From NCBI RefSeq assembly GCF_002075285.3, contig NZ_CP021983.2, positions 4,260,001 to 4,292,000 of the forward strand: DNA of 32,000 bases, given 5' to 3'. Below, in pieces: positions 1 to 8,955 of the stretch. Origin of the DNA: Halomicronema hongdechloris C2206. Lineage in GTDB: Bacteria > Cyanobacteriota > Cyanobacteriia > Phormidesmidales > Phormidesmidaceae. The notes under the pieces were generated by a model, which saw nothing but the letters and a program-made list of their open reading frames with translations, did no database searches and was not told where the DNA came from. Position numbers and translations under genes: made by a program. Each line of letters opens with the position of its first letter. The first letter of the stretch is position 1.

Positions 1-1
1 T

Positions 2-1216
2 CACTGGCTGGTGACCTTCTCGGTGTGGGCGGGGTATCTTTGGGTGCGGTTTCTAGATGGGTATTTGGCCGATGGTCGGGGGGCGACCTGGCGACTCTAT
101 GGCGCTGCCTTCAGTGTTGGGGCAGCGGGGCTGTGTAAGTATACGGCGGTGTTGGTGCCTTTGGCCGGCTTGGCCCTGGTGGTGAGGGAGCGGCAATGTT
201 GGCCGCTGTTGCGGGATCGACGCCTCTATGGGGCAGGTGCGATCGCATTGCTCTGCCTCAGCCCCATATTGATTTGGAACCTGCAGCACGACTTTTTCTC
301 CTTTCGCTATTACCTAGACCGCAGTACCACCAGCACCGGCTTTGCAATTCAGCCCCTACAGCCCCTAGGGTTCTGGCTGCTGAGTGGGCTGATCTTGTCG
401 CCCCTGCTGGCTTGGCGACTCTGGCGCACTTGGCGCCAGCCCCCCCCTACTACCGCCAGCCTCTATGGCCGCTTCGCCGGTTGGCTGTTTGGGCTTTCCA
501 CTGGCGGGTTCTCCCTGCTCGCCTTGGTTGCCCCGGTGCTCTACTACTGGAACATCCTGGCCTACCCCCTGTGGCTACCGCTGCTAGCCGGTGCTTGGCT
601 GGTCCGCCAAGACCATGTTCTCCCAGCCAAACGGGCTAGCTGGCCACGCTCCCTACTGGTCACTCAGCTTCTGGGCCTGGCTGCCGCCACCCTGCTAGTC
701 ATCCACTACACCGTGATGCCCCTGACAGCCTGGTTGGGTACCGCTGACAACGACAGTGCCGCCCTCTATGGCTGGCAATCCCTGGCTAGGGCGGTACAAG
801 CCCAGGCGGCTCAACTATCAGACGGCGACCAGCCACCATTGTGGCTCACCACCGACTATCGTTCGGCTGCGGCCTTGGCCTATGCCCTCAATGATCCCAG
901 CGTCATGGCCCTCTCCGGCCGCTTAGACCAGTTCGATTTCTGGTACGATCGGGACGCTCTGCAGGGACGCAACGCCGTGCTACTCGGGGAAACCTGGCAT
1001 CCCATCTGCCCCAGCCATCAAGCCTTCTTTCAGCAGACGTCCCGGCCCGATAGTCTGACGGTGGAGCGCTGGGGACAACCGATTCAGACCTATGGGCTGC
1101 TCCGGGGAACTGGCTTTCAGGCCGGCCCCAGCGACGAGTATCCCCTGCTAGCCACCTATCCCTTGGCCTTCAGCAGCGATGGAGAAGTCTGTCGCTCGGC
1201 TCCAGTGGCTCCTTAA
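2..1216 (+). CDS. Glycosyltransferase family 39 (ArnT/PMT-like) polytopic membrane protein, 5' end cut by window edge
   Basis: The frame is open from base 2 (HWLVTFS...) and stops at TAA 1214-1216. The N-terminal two thirds are multi-pass hydrophobic with GT39-like segments (KYTAVLVPLAGLALV, ILIWNLQHDFFSFRYY). A soluble C-terminal domain follows. Confidence 0.65.
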   Translation, partial: HWLVTFSVWAGYLWVRFLDGYLADGRGATWRLYGAAFSVGAAGLCKYTAVLVPLAGLALVVRERQCWPLLRDRRLYGAGAIALLCLSPILIWNLQHDFFSFRYYLDRSTTSTGFAIQPLQPLGFWLLSGLILSPLLAWRLWRTWRQPPPTTASLYGRFAGWLFGLSTGGFSLLALVAPVLYYWNILAYPLWLPLLAGAWLVRQDHVLPAKRASWPRSLLVTQLLGLAAATLLVIHYTVMPLTAWLGTADNDSAALYGWQSLARAVQAQAAQLSDGDQPPLWLTTDYRSAAALAYALNDPSVMALSGRLDQFDFWYDRDALQGRNAVLLGETWHPICPSHQAFFQQTSRPDSLTVERWGQPIQTYGLLRGTGFQAGPSDEYPLLATYPLAFSSDGEVCRSAPVAP

Positions 1217-1360
1217 GCCGGCAGGGGGCAAGGGGGATATCGCAGCCGCAGTTTTAAAGACTCGGTATCAGCGACAGCCAGGCTAGAGCGATCACTGGGC
1301 GGTAAAAGGGTATGGACCGTTAAACGGCTCCGCAGCTGGGTTATCCAGCATCAGCAATGG

Positions 1361-3082
1361 TTGGGGGTGCTCCTGTGGTGCCTTCTCGGCGGTATGCTGC
1401 GCTTTACCAACCTGGCCCTGAAACCGGCGTGGATGGATGAAGTCAGCACGGTCATTTTTAGTTTGGGCAATAGCAGCCACCTGGTGCCCCTGAACCAAGT
1501 GATCAGTGTGGAGCAGCTATTGCGGCCCCTGGTCCCCGATGCCACCGCCACGGTGGCAGATGCCGTGCAGTATCTGCTGCAGGAAAATAATCATCCGCCT
1601 GCCTACTTCGCCCTGGCCCATCTCTGGATGGATTGGTTTCCCCCGGTGAGGGGATTGGCCTCCCTCTGGGCGGCTCGAGCCCTAGCGGCTCTATTGGGCA
1701 CCCTATCGATTCCCTTGGCCTATGGCCTGGGGCGCTTGAGCTTCCAATCACCGTTGGCCGGGCAACTGGCGGCGGCCTGCATGGCCGTGTCGCCCTTTGG
1801 CATTTACTTGGCCCAGGAAGCCCGCCATTACACCATGGCCATTGCCCTGGTGCTGGCCTCTCTCTGCTGTTTCGTCGTGGCGGTGGGACGGCTGCTGATG
1901 CGGCAGTCCATTGATCTCTGGTTGGTCTTGGGATGGATCGGGGTCAATGGCTTAGCCTTCGCCACCCATTATTTTGCGGTCCTGACCCTGGTGGCAGAGG
2001 GGCTGACCCTGCTGGGGCTGCTGGGGCACCAGAGTCGACAGCAGGGTAATGCTTGGCGGCAGCCTTCCTGGCGCCGGATCTACTGGGTGGCCTTGGGGAC
2101 TCTGGCCATGGGGCTAAGCTGGTTACCGGTGCTGTCACGGTTCTACGGCAGTCCCCAAACTGGTTATCTCACCATCGATCTGAGTCAGCCCTTCAATTGG
2201 TTGAAACCCCTGGGCCAATCCCTGGTCACCTGGATCTTCATGGTGGTGACGCCAATCACATCGGCCTATAGTCCGGTGGGCATCGCCGTCATGGTGGTAT
2301 CGATCCTGGTGGTTCTAGCCCTGGTGATCGCAATTCTGCCCTGGTTGGTTCAGGCCAGACAAAGGCTCTGGCAGACCCCAGAAGGACGGCAGGGCCTGAT
2401 AGCCCTCGGGGGGTTTTTACTGGCCATGGGGCTGTTATTCGTGATCATCTGCTATGGCTACCGCGCTGATATTTCTCGGGGATATCGCTATCACTTCGTC
2501 TACTATCCGGCGGTGGTGGCATTGCTGGCGGGGCTATTGTCGGTATATTGGCCACGGCGGCAACCATGGGCAGGCACTGAGCTCCCCTGCCTGCCGGGAG
2601 CTCAGTACATCGCAGGCCGCCGTCTGGTGCAAGGACTCTGGGCGGTGAGCCTGATCGGTGCCCTGCTGGTGGTGACGAACTGGGCCTTCCCAAAGTTCTA
2701 TCGCCCAGATCGCTTTATTCCCTACGTGCAGCAGCATTCCCAGTATCCGGTGGTATTTGCCACGACTACCATCGTCTCGCCCCACTACCCCACGGTCTGG
2801 GCCATCGAGCCCATGAGCCTTGGCTGGGAGTTCCACCGCCACTTCGCTGCAGCCGCTGGTCCCCAAGCCTGGGAGACACCGCCCCAATTTCTGGTAATGC
2901 CGACCGGGGAAGGGATCGAGACCCCGTTTGCAGAGCAATTAGCCGTCGGACTTGCCCCCCTGGACCGCCCCCTGGACCTGTGGATGGCCTATTACCACGG
3001 CGACCTGTCGGCCCTGGGCTGTGACCAGCTAGGTCGCACCAATAAGGGGAATTATCGTCAGACCCATTACCGCTGTCGCTAA
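1361..3082 (+). CDS. GT39-like polytopic membrane glycosyltransferase (tandem paralogue)
   Basis: 573-aa ORF ending at TAA 3080-3082. It has many hydrophobic helices and the motif NNHPPAYFALAHLWMDWF, typical of ArnT/PMT_2-type enzymes. The start is uncertain: TTG 1361 or ATG 1394, and the frame is open back to 1217. Confidence 0.6.
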   Translation: MGVLLWCLLGGMLRFTNLALKPAWMDEVSTVIFSLGNSSHLVPLNQVISVEQLLRPLVPDATATVADAVQYLLQENNHPPAYFALAHLWMDWFPPVRGLASLWAARALAALLGTLSIPLAYGLGRLSFQSPLAGQLAAACMAVSPFGIYLAQEARHYTMAIALVLASLCCFVVAVGRLLMRQSIDLWLVLGWIGVNGLAFATHYFAVLTLVAEGLTLLGLLGHQSRQQGNAWRQPSWRRIYWVALGTLAMGLSWLPVLSRFYGSPQTGYLTIDLSQPFNWLKPLGQSLVTWIFMVVTPITSAYSPVGIAVMVVSILVVLALVIAILPWLVQARQRLWQTPEGRQGLIALGGFLLAMGLLFVIICYGYRADISRGYRYHFVYYPAVVALLAGLLSVYWPRRQPWAGTELPCLPGAQYIAGRRLVQGLWAVSLIGALLVVTNWAFPKFYRPDRFIPYVQQHSQYPVVFATTTIVSPHYPTVWAIEPMSLGWEFHRHFAAAAGPQAWETPPQFLVMPTGEGIETPFAEQLAVGLAPLDRPLDLWMAYYHGDLSALGCDQLGRTNKGNYRQTHYRCR

Positions 3083-3088
3083 GGCAGG

Positions 3089-3204
3089 AGTGGGGGAGTG
3101 GGGGAGTGGGGAAGTGGGGGAGTGGGGGAGTGAGGGAGTGAGGGAGTGAAGGGCTTGCCCTGAGCGCAGTCGAAGGGTGAAGAGTGAAGAGTGAAGAGTG
3201 AAGG
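3089..3204. repeat. Composite tandem repeat: 8 x octamer AGTGGGGG (3089-3152), a 39-bp core (3153-3191), and 4 x heptamer GTGAAGA (3177-3204, overlapping the 3' end of the core)
   Basis: The units were read directly from the sequence. The same 39-bp core GCTTGCCCTGAGCGCAGTCGAAGGGTGAAGAGTGAAGAG recurs at 11249-11287. Confidence 0.9.
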
Positions 3205-3212
3205 GTTACTCG

Positions 3213-3662
3213 CTACTGGTGAGTAGTGCGGACGATCCAGTAGCTGATGGCTAGAGACAGAATTGCGATCGCAAGCCCAATTAGACTCACCCCAGAAATT
3301 TTCTCTAGATCCAGAATGATAATCTTGCGGCCCACCGCCGTCAGCGCCGTGGCGATGACCAATTGCACCTGCACCACGTGCTTCTTGAGATAAGCCGTGA
3401 TGTTTTCTAGAATTTCCAAGGCAATCAACACACTGAGAAATAAGCCAAAGATCTCAGTCAGCGTCGTTCTGAAAAAATTCCCTGGGGAAGAAAACGCAAG
3501 GGAATTCAGCAAAATAATAGCCAGATCAACCATCGTGACCAGGATGACCAGCACCATAGCCACAGACAACACTTTGGACACAAGGTCCTCGAAACGACTC
3601 AAGCGTTGCAGAAATCGCTGATTCGAGACTTGATCGCGCAGGTAGCGAAGCCAGGGGGCCAT
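3213..3662 (-). CDS. PsiE-family (phosphate-starvation-inducible E-like) membrane protein
   Basis: The C-terminal ~150 aa of the 203-aa ORF resemble PsiE (LSVLIALEILENITAYLKKH..., VIATALTAVGRKIIILD, 4 TM helices). I chose ATG at 3662 (MAPWLRYLRDQ) because the upstream 54 codons are low-complexity and not family-like. Confidence 0.65.
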   Translation of the reverse strand: MAPWLRYLRDQVSNQRFLQRLSRFEDLVSKVLSVAMVLVILVTMVDLAIILLNSLAFSSPGNFFRTTLTEIFGLFLSVLIALEILENITAYLKKHVVQVQLVIATALTAVGRKIIILDLEKISGVSLIGLAIAILSLAISYWIVRTTHQ

Positions 3663-3906
3663 GGTAAGCACTGTCGAGTGTAATGACTGCCAAGATTCTT
3701 GCAGATTGTGGAGCCCAGTGCAGCAGAATCTCGACCGGCTCTCTCCCCGGCCCTCTCTCCGGCCCAGAGGTATAACGGCAAAAGCCGGGGGCAGAATCAG
3801 GGCGCTTGCTAGGCAAAAATTCACTCCAGGCCAGGGGGCGACATCATCATCTCTGTCAAAAAGCTTCTATGATACGCTCCTAAATAGATGGAAAAACTGC
3901 GTGTGT

Positions 3907-3942
3907 AATCCCCGGTGCGAGCCCTTGACTCCGCGGGGATTT
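3907..3942 (-). terminator. Imperfect long hairpin just downstream of cax, possible terminator
   Basis: AATCCCCG...CGGGGATT outer stem with an inner GCGAG/CTC(C)GC stem. On the minus strand a T5 run lies ~10 nt downstream, which is not ideal spacing. Confidence 0.3.
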
Positions 3943-3954
3943 TCTCTGGAAAAG

Positions 3955-5100
3955 TCAAATATTATCCACAATGGGATGGAAGTAAAAGGCGATGCCCAGG
4001 ATCGCATAGGCGGCCAGCAGTAAAATGCCCTCAAGCCAGTTGGAGCGGCCATCAGAACTGATGGAATTGGCAATGAGCACCGATACGGCAACAGCCACCA
4101 ACTCAAAGGGATTGAAATTCAAATCCATGGGCTGATCTAACAGCCAACCGGCCAACACCAAAACCGGCGCCACAAACAGGGCAATCTGTAAACTCGACCC
4201 CACAGACACTGACACCGAGAGATCCATTTTATTTTTAATGGCCACACTCACAGCGGTGGCATGTTCAGCGGCATTGCCAATGATGGGCAACACAATCACC
4301 CCGGTAAACAGAGCCGTCAGGCCCAATTGTTCAGTGGCCGATTCCAGGGTTCCCACCAGCAACTCCGACTCCAACGCCACCAACACCGTGGCCCCCAACA
4401 ACACGGGAATCCATAGGCTGAGGTTGGGGGCATGGCCGTCCTTATGGGTCTCAGACATCTCCTTGGCCATGGTCGCGACGGCTGCCTCCTGGGCTGGGTT
4501 GTCCAGGCCCTCGATATCAGCCATGCCAGCATCGTAGAGATAACTATGGGTCTTCATGGCAAAGAGTAGACTGAGGCAATAGACCCCGATCAAGACCACA
4601 GCCACGGCATCAGATAGATGCTGCAGGGTGATTTCTGGCGTGCCGACAGAGGTCATTCTCACCGCCGTCGGCAACAAAATGGCAATCACAGCTAGGTTCA
4701 TGGACGAGGCATTCACCCTGGCCACAATCGGTTGAAAGGTCTGCTCTTTATACCTAAACCCTCCCAACAACATCGAGAGCCCCATCACCAGCAACAGATT
4801 GCCCATGATAGATCCGGTAATGCTGGCCTTCACCACGCCCACTAGCCCTTCGTTGAGGGCGATCAGGGCAATGATTAACTCAGTGGCATTGCCAAAGGTG
4901 GCATTCAACAGCCCTCCCCAGGACGGCCCCAACAGCACTGCAATTTCTTCGGTGGCAGTTCCCATCCAACCAGCCAGGGGCAGAATCGCCAATCCGGCAG
5001 TGATGAAAACGGCCAAATCTCCCCAAGTCAGCCATTCCGCCAGGAACGATAAGGGCACAAAAATAAGTAGGCCAAAGAAGATCAGGTTTTTAATCGCCAT
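3955..5100 (-). CDS. cax: Calcium/proton exchanger (CaCA/CAX family)
   Basis: 381 aa, about 11 TM helices. Both alpha-repeat signatures are present (GNATELIIALIAL and GNAAEHATAVSVA) with an acidic central loop. Confidence 0.9.
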   Translation of the reverse strand: MAIKNLIFFGLLIFVPLSFLAEWLTWGDLAVFITAGLAILPLAGWMGTATEEIAVLLGPSWGGLLNATFGNATELIIALIALNEGLVGVVKASITGSIMGNLLLVMGLSMLLGGFRYKEQTFQPIVARVNASSMNLAVIAILLPTAVRMTSVGTPEITLQHLSDAVAVVLIGVYCLSLLFAMKTHSYLYDAGMADIEGLDNPAQEAAVATMAKEMSETHKDGHAPNLSLWIPVLLGATVLVALESELLVGTLESATEQLGLTALFTGVIVLPIIGNAAEHATAVSVAIKNKMDLSVSVSVGSSLQIALFVAPVLVLAGWLLDQPMDLNFNPFELVAVAVSVLIANSISSDGRSNWLEGILLLAAYAILGIAFYFHPIVDNI

Positions 5101-5376
5101 AAATAGATACGATAGGCCAACAGCATAGACCAGACCCAGGCTGGAGCTGAATCCGGTGTGAATCCAGTATTAATATCGCACCACCATATAAAAATACTCC
5201 CTGCTCAGATAGATTGTCGGGTATCCCTATCCAAACAGGTAACGGGGCAGGTAATGGAGCAAGTAATGGAACAGATGACGGGGACTGGGCCATACCCATC
5301 AACGCTACTGGCCCAATGCAGAGAGCACTGATAGGTATAGCCACCGCAAACACTCTACAGGCTGTGGGCCACGGGG

Positions 5377-5574
5377 TTAGATGGCGTAATCAAACAGGGC
5401 GTCTAGGTAGATGCGGTTAATCCGTCGATCGGTATACCCATTTTGCATTAGGAACAGGGACAGGGCGGCGCAGAAAACCCGGTGCTGACTCCAAGCGGGG
5501 TGGTTATCGAGATAGGCCTGGAGGGCGTCATGGAGGTCTTCTGGAACCTCTGCCATCAAACTGACTCGGGGCAT
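5377..5574 (-). CDS. DUF2811 domain-containing protein (cyanobacterial)
   Basis: AEVPEDLHDALQAYLDNHPAWSQHRVFCAALSLFLMQNG matches the conserved DUF2811 pattern. The start is ATG 5574 or ATG 5556. The longer 108-aa ORF start is unlikely. Confidence 0.65.
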   Translation of the reverse strand: MPRVSLMAEVPEDLHDALQAYLDNHPAWSQHRVFCAALSLFLMQNGYTDRRINRIYLDALFDYAI

Positions 5575-6223
5575 CGTCTGTGTCACGGGGGATTGCCTCC
5601 TCACGGCGTAGACCATTGCGACTAGAACATGCGAAAACGACCGGTGCCGATGGCTGAAATCCCCATAAGACAGGGGCTTCAATGAAATGCTTGGGGCCGC
5701 CATCGAGGCACTGGTGTTGCTGGTCGCATCATTGTGCCCTACCGTCCCCCGATCGTGTCAATCTTGCAAAGCCTTGCGGATTGCGCTAGCACCCGCGGCC
5801 CTGGCCACGAAGTAATCAAGGTTGTAGCGATCTCAGAGGCGGCGATCAGGCCTGGGGATGTCCCGATGCAGATCCGATGCTGTGGATTACCAAATTCCAC
5901 AGAAACCACCCAAGACTCGCTATGCCGTCATAGCCTGTGGAAAACTTGCCATAACCTGGGGAAAGCCGAGGAAAGTCCTGTGGAAAACTGATTTTGACAT
6001 AAAGTTTTGTGAATAATCATTAAAACCTCGGTGGCGATGGATCCGGCGTCACCTCATCCTCAAAGCCAATCCTAAAAGTGTGTCATGATGACATCTGATG
6101 AGACGCTGCTGGCTGCAATCGGGCCAGCCCTCTAGCGCTTGGTTGGCTGGGCAACATCGGGCAGCAACCGGGAGCCTATTGAGCATATTGATTGGCAGAT
6201 CGTAGGCAAGATGAGACAGCACC

Positions 6224-7135
6224 ATGGCAAATGAGGAGCAATTGCTACGGCTGAGAACGAGTGTTCAAGACTGGAATCAATGGCGCACGACCAATCCTGA
6301 GGTGGCCATCGATCTCAGCGGGGCCAATTTAGGGCAGATGAAGTTGCCGGGGGTTGATTTGAGTGGGGCCGATTTAGGGCAGGCCAACTTGATTGGCTGT
6401 ACCCTAACCGGGGCTAATTTGAGTCGAGCTCGGTTGCACCAAAGTGATCTGAGCGGGGCCGACGTCAACCGGGTTAACTTCACGGCAGCTGAATTAACCT
6501 TGACCAACTTGCTGGGGGCCGATTTGGAGGATACGAATCTCAGCCAAGCCAACCTCAGGGGAGCCACCCTAAACCGCTCTAATCTAGGAAATGCCGACTT
6601 GAGTGGTAGTCGGTTGGTGCAGGCCAGCCTGGTGGGTGCTGATTTGAATCGAGTGCACCTCGATCAGGCAGACTTGACCGGGGCAGACCTGAAGCGGGTG
6701 GAACTGCAGCGGGCCAGCTTGACCTATGCCGTGCTCAATCGCGTCAATTTAGAGGAGGCCCGCCTGCTCAACATGGATGCCAGCTATGCCTCTTTAACCG
6801 GGGCGAACCTGCGGGGAGCCCGCTTGAATCGGGCTAATTTAGCCCATGCTGACCTCAGGCAGGCCGATTTACGGGAGGCCACCCTACTGGGCGCGAATCT
6901 GAGCCATGGGGATTTTAAGGACGCTATCCTGACGGAGGCCAACTTTAGCGGCGCCGATCTGAGTTATGCCATGCTGGCGAATCAGGATCTGAGTGGCTTG
7001 AATTTTACGGGCGCCAGCTTGAGCCATGCCAATCTGCAAAACGCGAATCTCATCGGGGCAATGCTAGATGATGTCGATTTCACAGAGGCCAATCTAGAGG
7101 GAGCCATGGTGCCGAGTCAGCTCTCTCAGGCTTAG
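6224..7135 (+). CDS. Pentapeptide repeat-containing protein
   Basis: 303 aa, almost entirely A(D/N)LxX pentapeptide repeats (GADLSGANLSRARL...). Confidence 0.9.
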   Translation: MANEEQLLRLRTSVQDWNQWRTTNPEVAIDLSGANLGQMKLPGVDLSGADLGQANLIGCTLTGANLSRARLHQSDLSGADVNRVNFTAAELTLTNLLGADLEDTNLSQANLRGATLNRSNLGNADLSGSRLVQASLVGADLNRVHLDQADLTGADLKRVELQRASLTYAVLNRVNLEEARLLNMDASYASLTGANLRGARLNRANLAHADLRQADLREATLLGANLSHGDFKDAILTEANFSGADLSYAMLANQDLSGLNFTGASLSHANLQNANLIGAMLDDVDFTEANLEGAMVPSQLSQA

Positions 7136-7137
7136 GC

Positions 7138-7752
7138 GTGATGCTGGCGCTGGCCATTCACACCACTAGCCCAGACCTGGGACTGGCTATCAGTGATTTT
7201 GCCGGGCTGACCAAACGGCGGGTTTGGCCCCTAGGCAGAGAATTGTCTACCCATTTCCACGGGTGCCTGCAGGAGATGGTGCACCCCTACGGCTGGGCTG
7301 AGCTTGAGTTTATTGCCGTGGCCCAGGGGCCGGGGGGCTTTACCGGCACTCGCATCGGGGTGGTTACGGCCCGCACGCTGGCTCAACAGTTGTCGGTGCC
7401 TCTGTTTGGTGTCTGTAGCTTGGCAGCGGTCGCGGCCCATGAGGCTGGGGGGACGTCGCAACAGCTGGCGGTGCAGATGCGATCGCATCGTCGCGATCTC
7501 TTTGTCGCCATCTACCATCCCGCCCCAGAGGGACCCAAGCCGCAGCTGCCCGTGCAGGTGATGACCCCCGATCGCTGGCAGCAGACATTAGCCCAATGGC
7601 CCCATCCCTACAGGCTCATAGAGGCAGAAGCCGGACTAGGACACACTGTCTCAGCGGTTTTAGAGTTAGCCTACAGGCGGTGGGGCCAGGGCGAGCGGCC
7701 CCACTGGTCCCAAGTATTGCCCTACTACGGTCAACATCCTGTCCATCGATAG
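7138..7752 (+). CDS. tsaB: tRNA threonylcarbamoyladenosine (t6A) biosynthesis protein TsaB
   Basis: YeaZ/TsaB pattern: ALAIHTTSPDLGLAI ... AVAQGPGGFTGTRIGVVTARTLAQQLSVPLFGVCSL. The start is GTG 7138 or ATG 7141, 2-5 nt after the upstream stop. Confidence 0.85.
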   Translation: MMLALAIHTTSPDLGLAISDFAGLTKRRVWPLGRELSTHFHGCLQEMVHPYGWAELEFIAVAQGPGGFTGTRIGVVTARTLAQQLSVPLFGVCSLAAVAAHEAGGTSQQLAVQMRSHRRDLFVAIYHPAPEGPKPQLPVQVMTPDRWQQTLAQWPHPYRLIEAEAGLGHTVSAVLELAYRRWGQGERPHWSQVLPYYGQHPVHR

Positions 7753-7844
7753 GGCCAGGCGAATACTCTGCGGCAGAAATAACGCCTCTATTGACTAGAG
7801 CAGCAAGGCTGCATTGATCAGGATCTCCCTTTCTGCCTTCCTAC

Positions 7845-7860
7845 GTCTGCCTTGGCAGAC
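7845..7860. terminator. Short hairpin between convergent tsaB and the 88-aa ORF
   Basis: GTCTGCC-TT-GGCAGAC inverted repeat. There is no clear U-tract. Confidence 0.25.
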
Positions 7861-8126
7861 TAGTAAGTTACCGTTAGCCAGAGATAGGCCAGCAGGCTGA
7901 TGCACACGGCTCCAGCTAGTAGATCCCCCGATTGGCTAAGCAGGTGCTGCACCCCAGCCCCTAACAGTCGCAGGGTTTCCCGGCGAGCTTGGCCCAATTC
8001 CGCCATCGACTGCTGCACTTGGGCATCAACATCGGCGGCCGAGAGCTCCCCGCTTCTGTAGGCTGCTTCTATCTGGTCCAACTGACGCCAATACCGTCTA
8101 GTAGCCTCGATCAAATTCGGAATCAT
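7860..8126 (-). CDS. Hypothetical small protein with C-terminal hydrophobic helix
   Basis: 88-aa ORF starting at ATG, with a coiled-coil-like N-terminus and a C-terminal segment (LLAGAVCISLLAYLWLTV). No recognisable family. Confidence 0.45.
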   Translation of the reverse strand: MIPNLIEATRRYWRQLDQIEAAYRSGELSAADVDAQVQQSMAELGQARRETLRLLGAGVQHLLSQSGDLLAGAVCISLLAYLWLTVTY

Positions 8127-8182
8127 AGCGAGAATATCACGCTCCTAAGCATCGATTGTGGGTGTTGATTGAAGACAGAAAG

Positions 8183-8205
8183 GCGCCCCGACATGGCCAG
8201 GGCGC
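8183..8205 (-). terminator. Candidate intrinsic terminator of the psb34 operon
   Basis: GCGCCC (8183-8188) pairs with GGGCGC (8200-8205). On the minus strand it is followed by CTTTCTGTCTTC. Confidence 0.4.
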
Positions 8206-8254
8206 TACGCTGAAACCTCAAGCTCTAAATCGCGCTAATAGCTCCGGTTGTCAC

Positions 8255-8485
8255 TTACTTGATAGGCAACTGGGAGCTGGTGTAGGCGTCGCCGCTGTAA
8301 GCCGGCACCCGAGCTTGGTAATTCGTCTCTCTGCCCGTCACGTTCCTGGCAATGCGCTCAAAAGAATCAGAACGCCAGTTGCGGAGATGAATCGGCTTCG
8401 TTTGCTCGCCACGGAAGTAAGTCTGGGTACCGAGGACAGCAGCCGCAACCCAGCCCACGATCAAGAAACCAATTAACAGTGCCAT
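8255..8485 (-). CDS. Small single-pass membrane protein, co-oriented with psb34
   Basis: ATG 8485 is preceded by AAGGAGA. It has an N-terminal TM helix (MALLIGFLIVGWVAAAVLG) and a candidate terminator downstream. Family not recognised. Confidence 0.55.
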   Translation of the reverse strand: MALLIGFLIVGWVAAAVLGTQTYFRGEQTKPIHLRNWRSDSFERIARNVTGRETNYQARVPAYSGDAYTSSQLPIK

Positions 8486-8575
8486 AGGATTTGCTCTCCT
8501 TAATTTGAGTGTGTCAGGGAAATGGGAATCAGGTGCCAAGGCGTGGCGCCGCAGCTACCGGCGCCGGCGGCCCGC

Positions 8576-8746
8576 CTAGCTAACGGCTAGAGACACCATC
8601 ACTAGCGTGCTCACGAATAGGGCGGCCAATGCCCCTTGCAACTTGTAGCGGCGCTGCTGCTCCGGCGAAGGGTACTCTGCCAAATGCACTGGGGGCTCGA
8701 TGGCGTAGTTGTTAAGAATGCCGCGCTCGTCAGTAGTGGTGTACAT
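8576..8746 (-). CDS. psb34: Psb34 / Ssl1498-family light-harvesting-like PSII assembly protein (56 aa, below the ORF-track cutoff)
   Basis: My translation is MYTTTDERGILNNYAIEPPVHLAEYPSPEQQRRYKLQGALAALFVSTLVMVSLAVS. It has the G-x-LNN(Y/F)AIEP signature and a C-terminal TM helix. GGAGG lies 7 nt upstream of the ATG. Confidence 0.7.
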   Translation of the reverse strand: MYTTTDERGILNNYAIEPPVHLAEYPSPEQQRRYKLQGALAALFVSTLVMVSLAVS

Positions 8747-8769
8747 GGTTTTGCCTCCTAAATGGGGGG

Positions 8770-8821
8770 AATGTAACGTTTCTTGTTAACTAATGTAACG
8801 AAGAGTGTTACAAAGTGTCAA
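8770..8821 (-). promoter_or_regulatory. Candidate sigma70 promoter with HLR1-like (RpaB-type) GTTACA repeats upstream of psb34
   Basis: The minus strand reads TTGACA (8821-8816), an 18-nt spacer, then TACATT (8797-8792). GTTACATT-AG-TTAACAAG-AAAC-GTTACATT overlaps the -10 and start region. Confidence 0.35.
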
Positions 8822-8955
8822 TCAGTATTGACAGATAATGATCATTTTGTTCCACATGGCGTTTGTTAAGCGATGTGCCGGCCCCTGGCCACCCCGGCAT
8901 CTCTCTGGCATAGAATCGTCACTCTCTGACCCCAATTGTTTAAGGTCTGAGCGGC

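Noticed and set aside
3663-3824. N-terminal 54-codon extension of the PsiE-like ORF
   Set aside because: The extension is Arg/Cys/Ser-rich and unlike PsiE-family N-termini. The internal ATG at 3662 gives the expected ~150-aa protein.
5090-5991. 87-aa (minus) and 85-aa (plus) ORFs in the cax/DUF2811/pentapeptide intergenic regions
   Set aside because: They overlap the cax start or the promoter regions, have odd composition and no RBS or family resemblance. They are probably chance ORFs in GC-rich DNA.
8792-8812. NtcA site (GTA-N8-TAC) in the psb34 upstream region
   Set aside because: The GTAAC...GTTAC arms are separated by 11 nt rather than 8. The pattern fits direct GTTACA (HLR1-type) repeats better.
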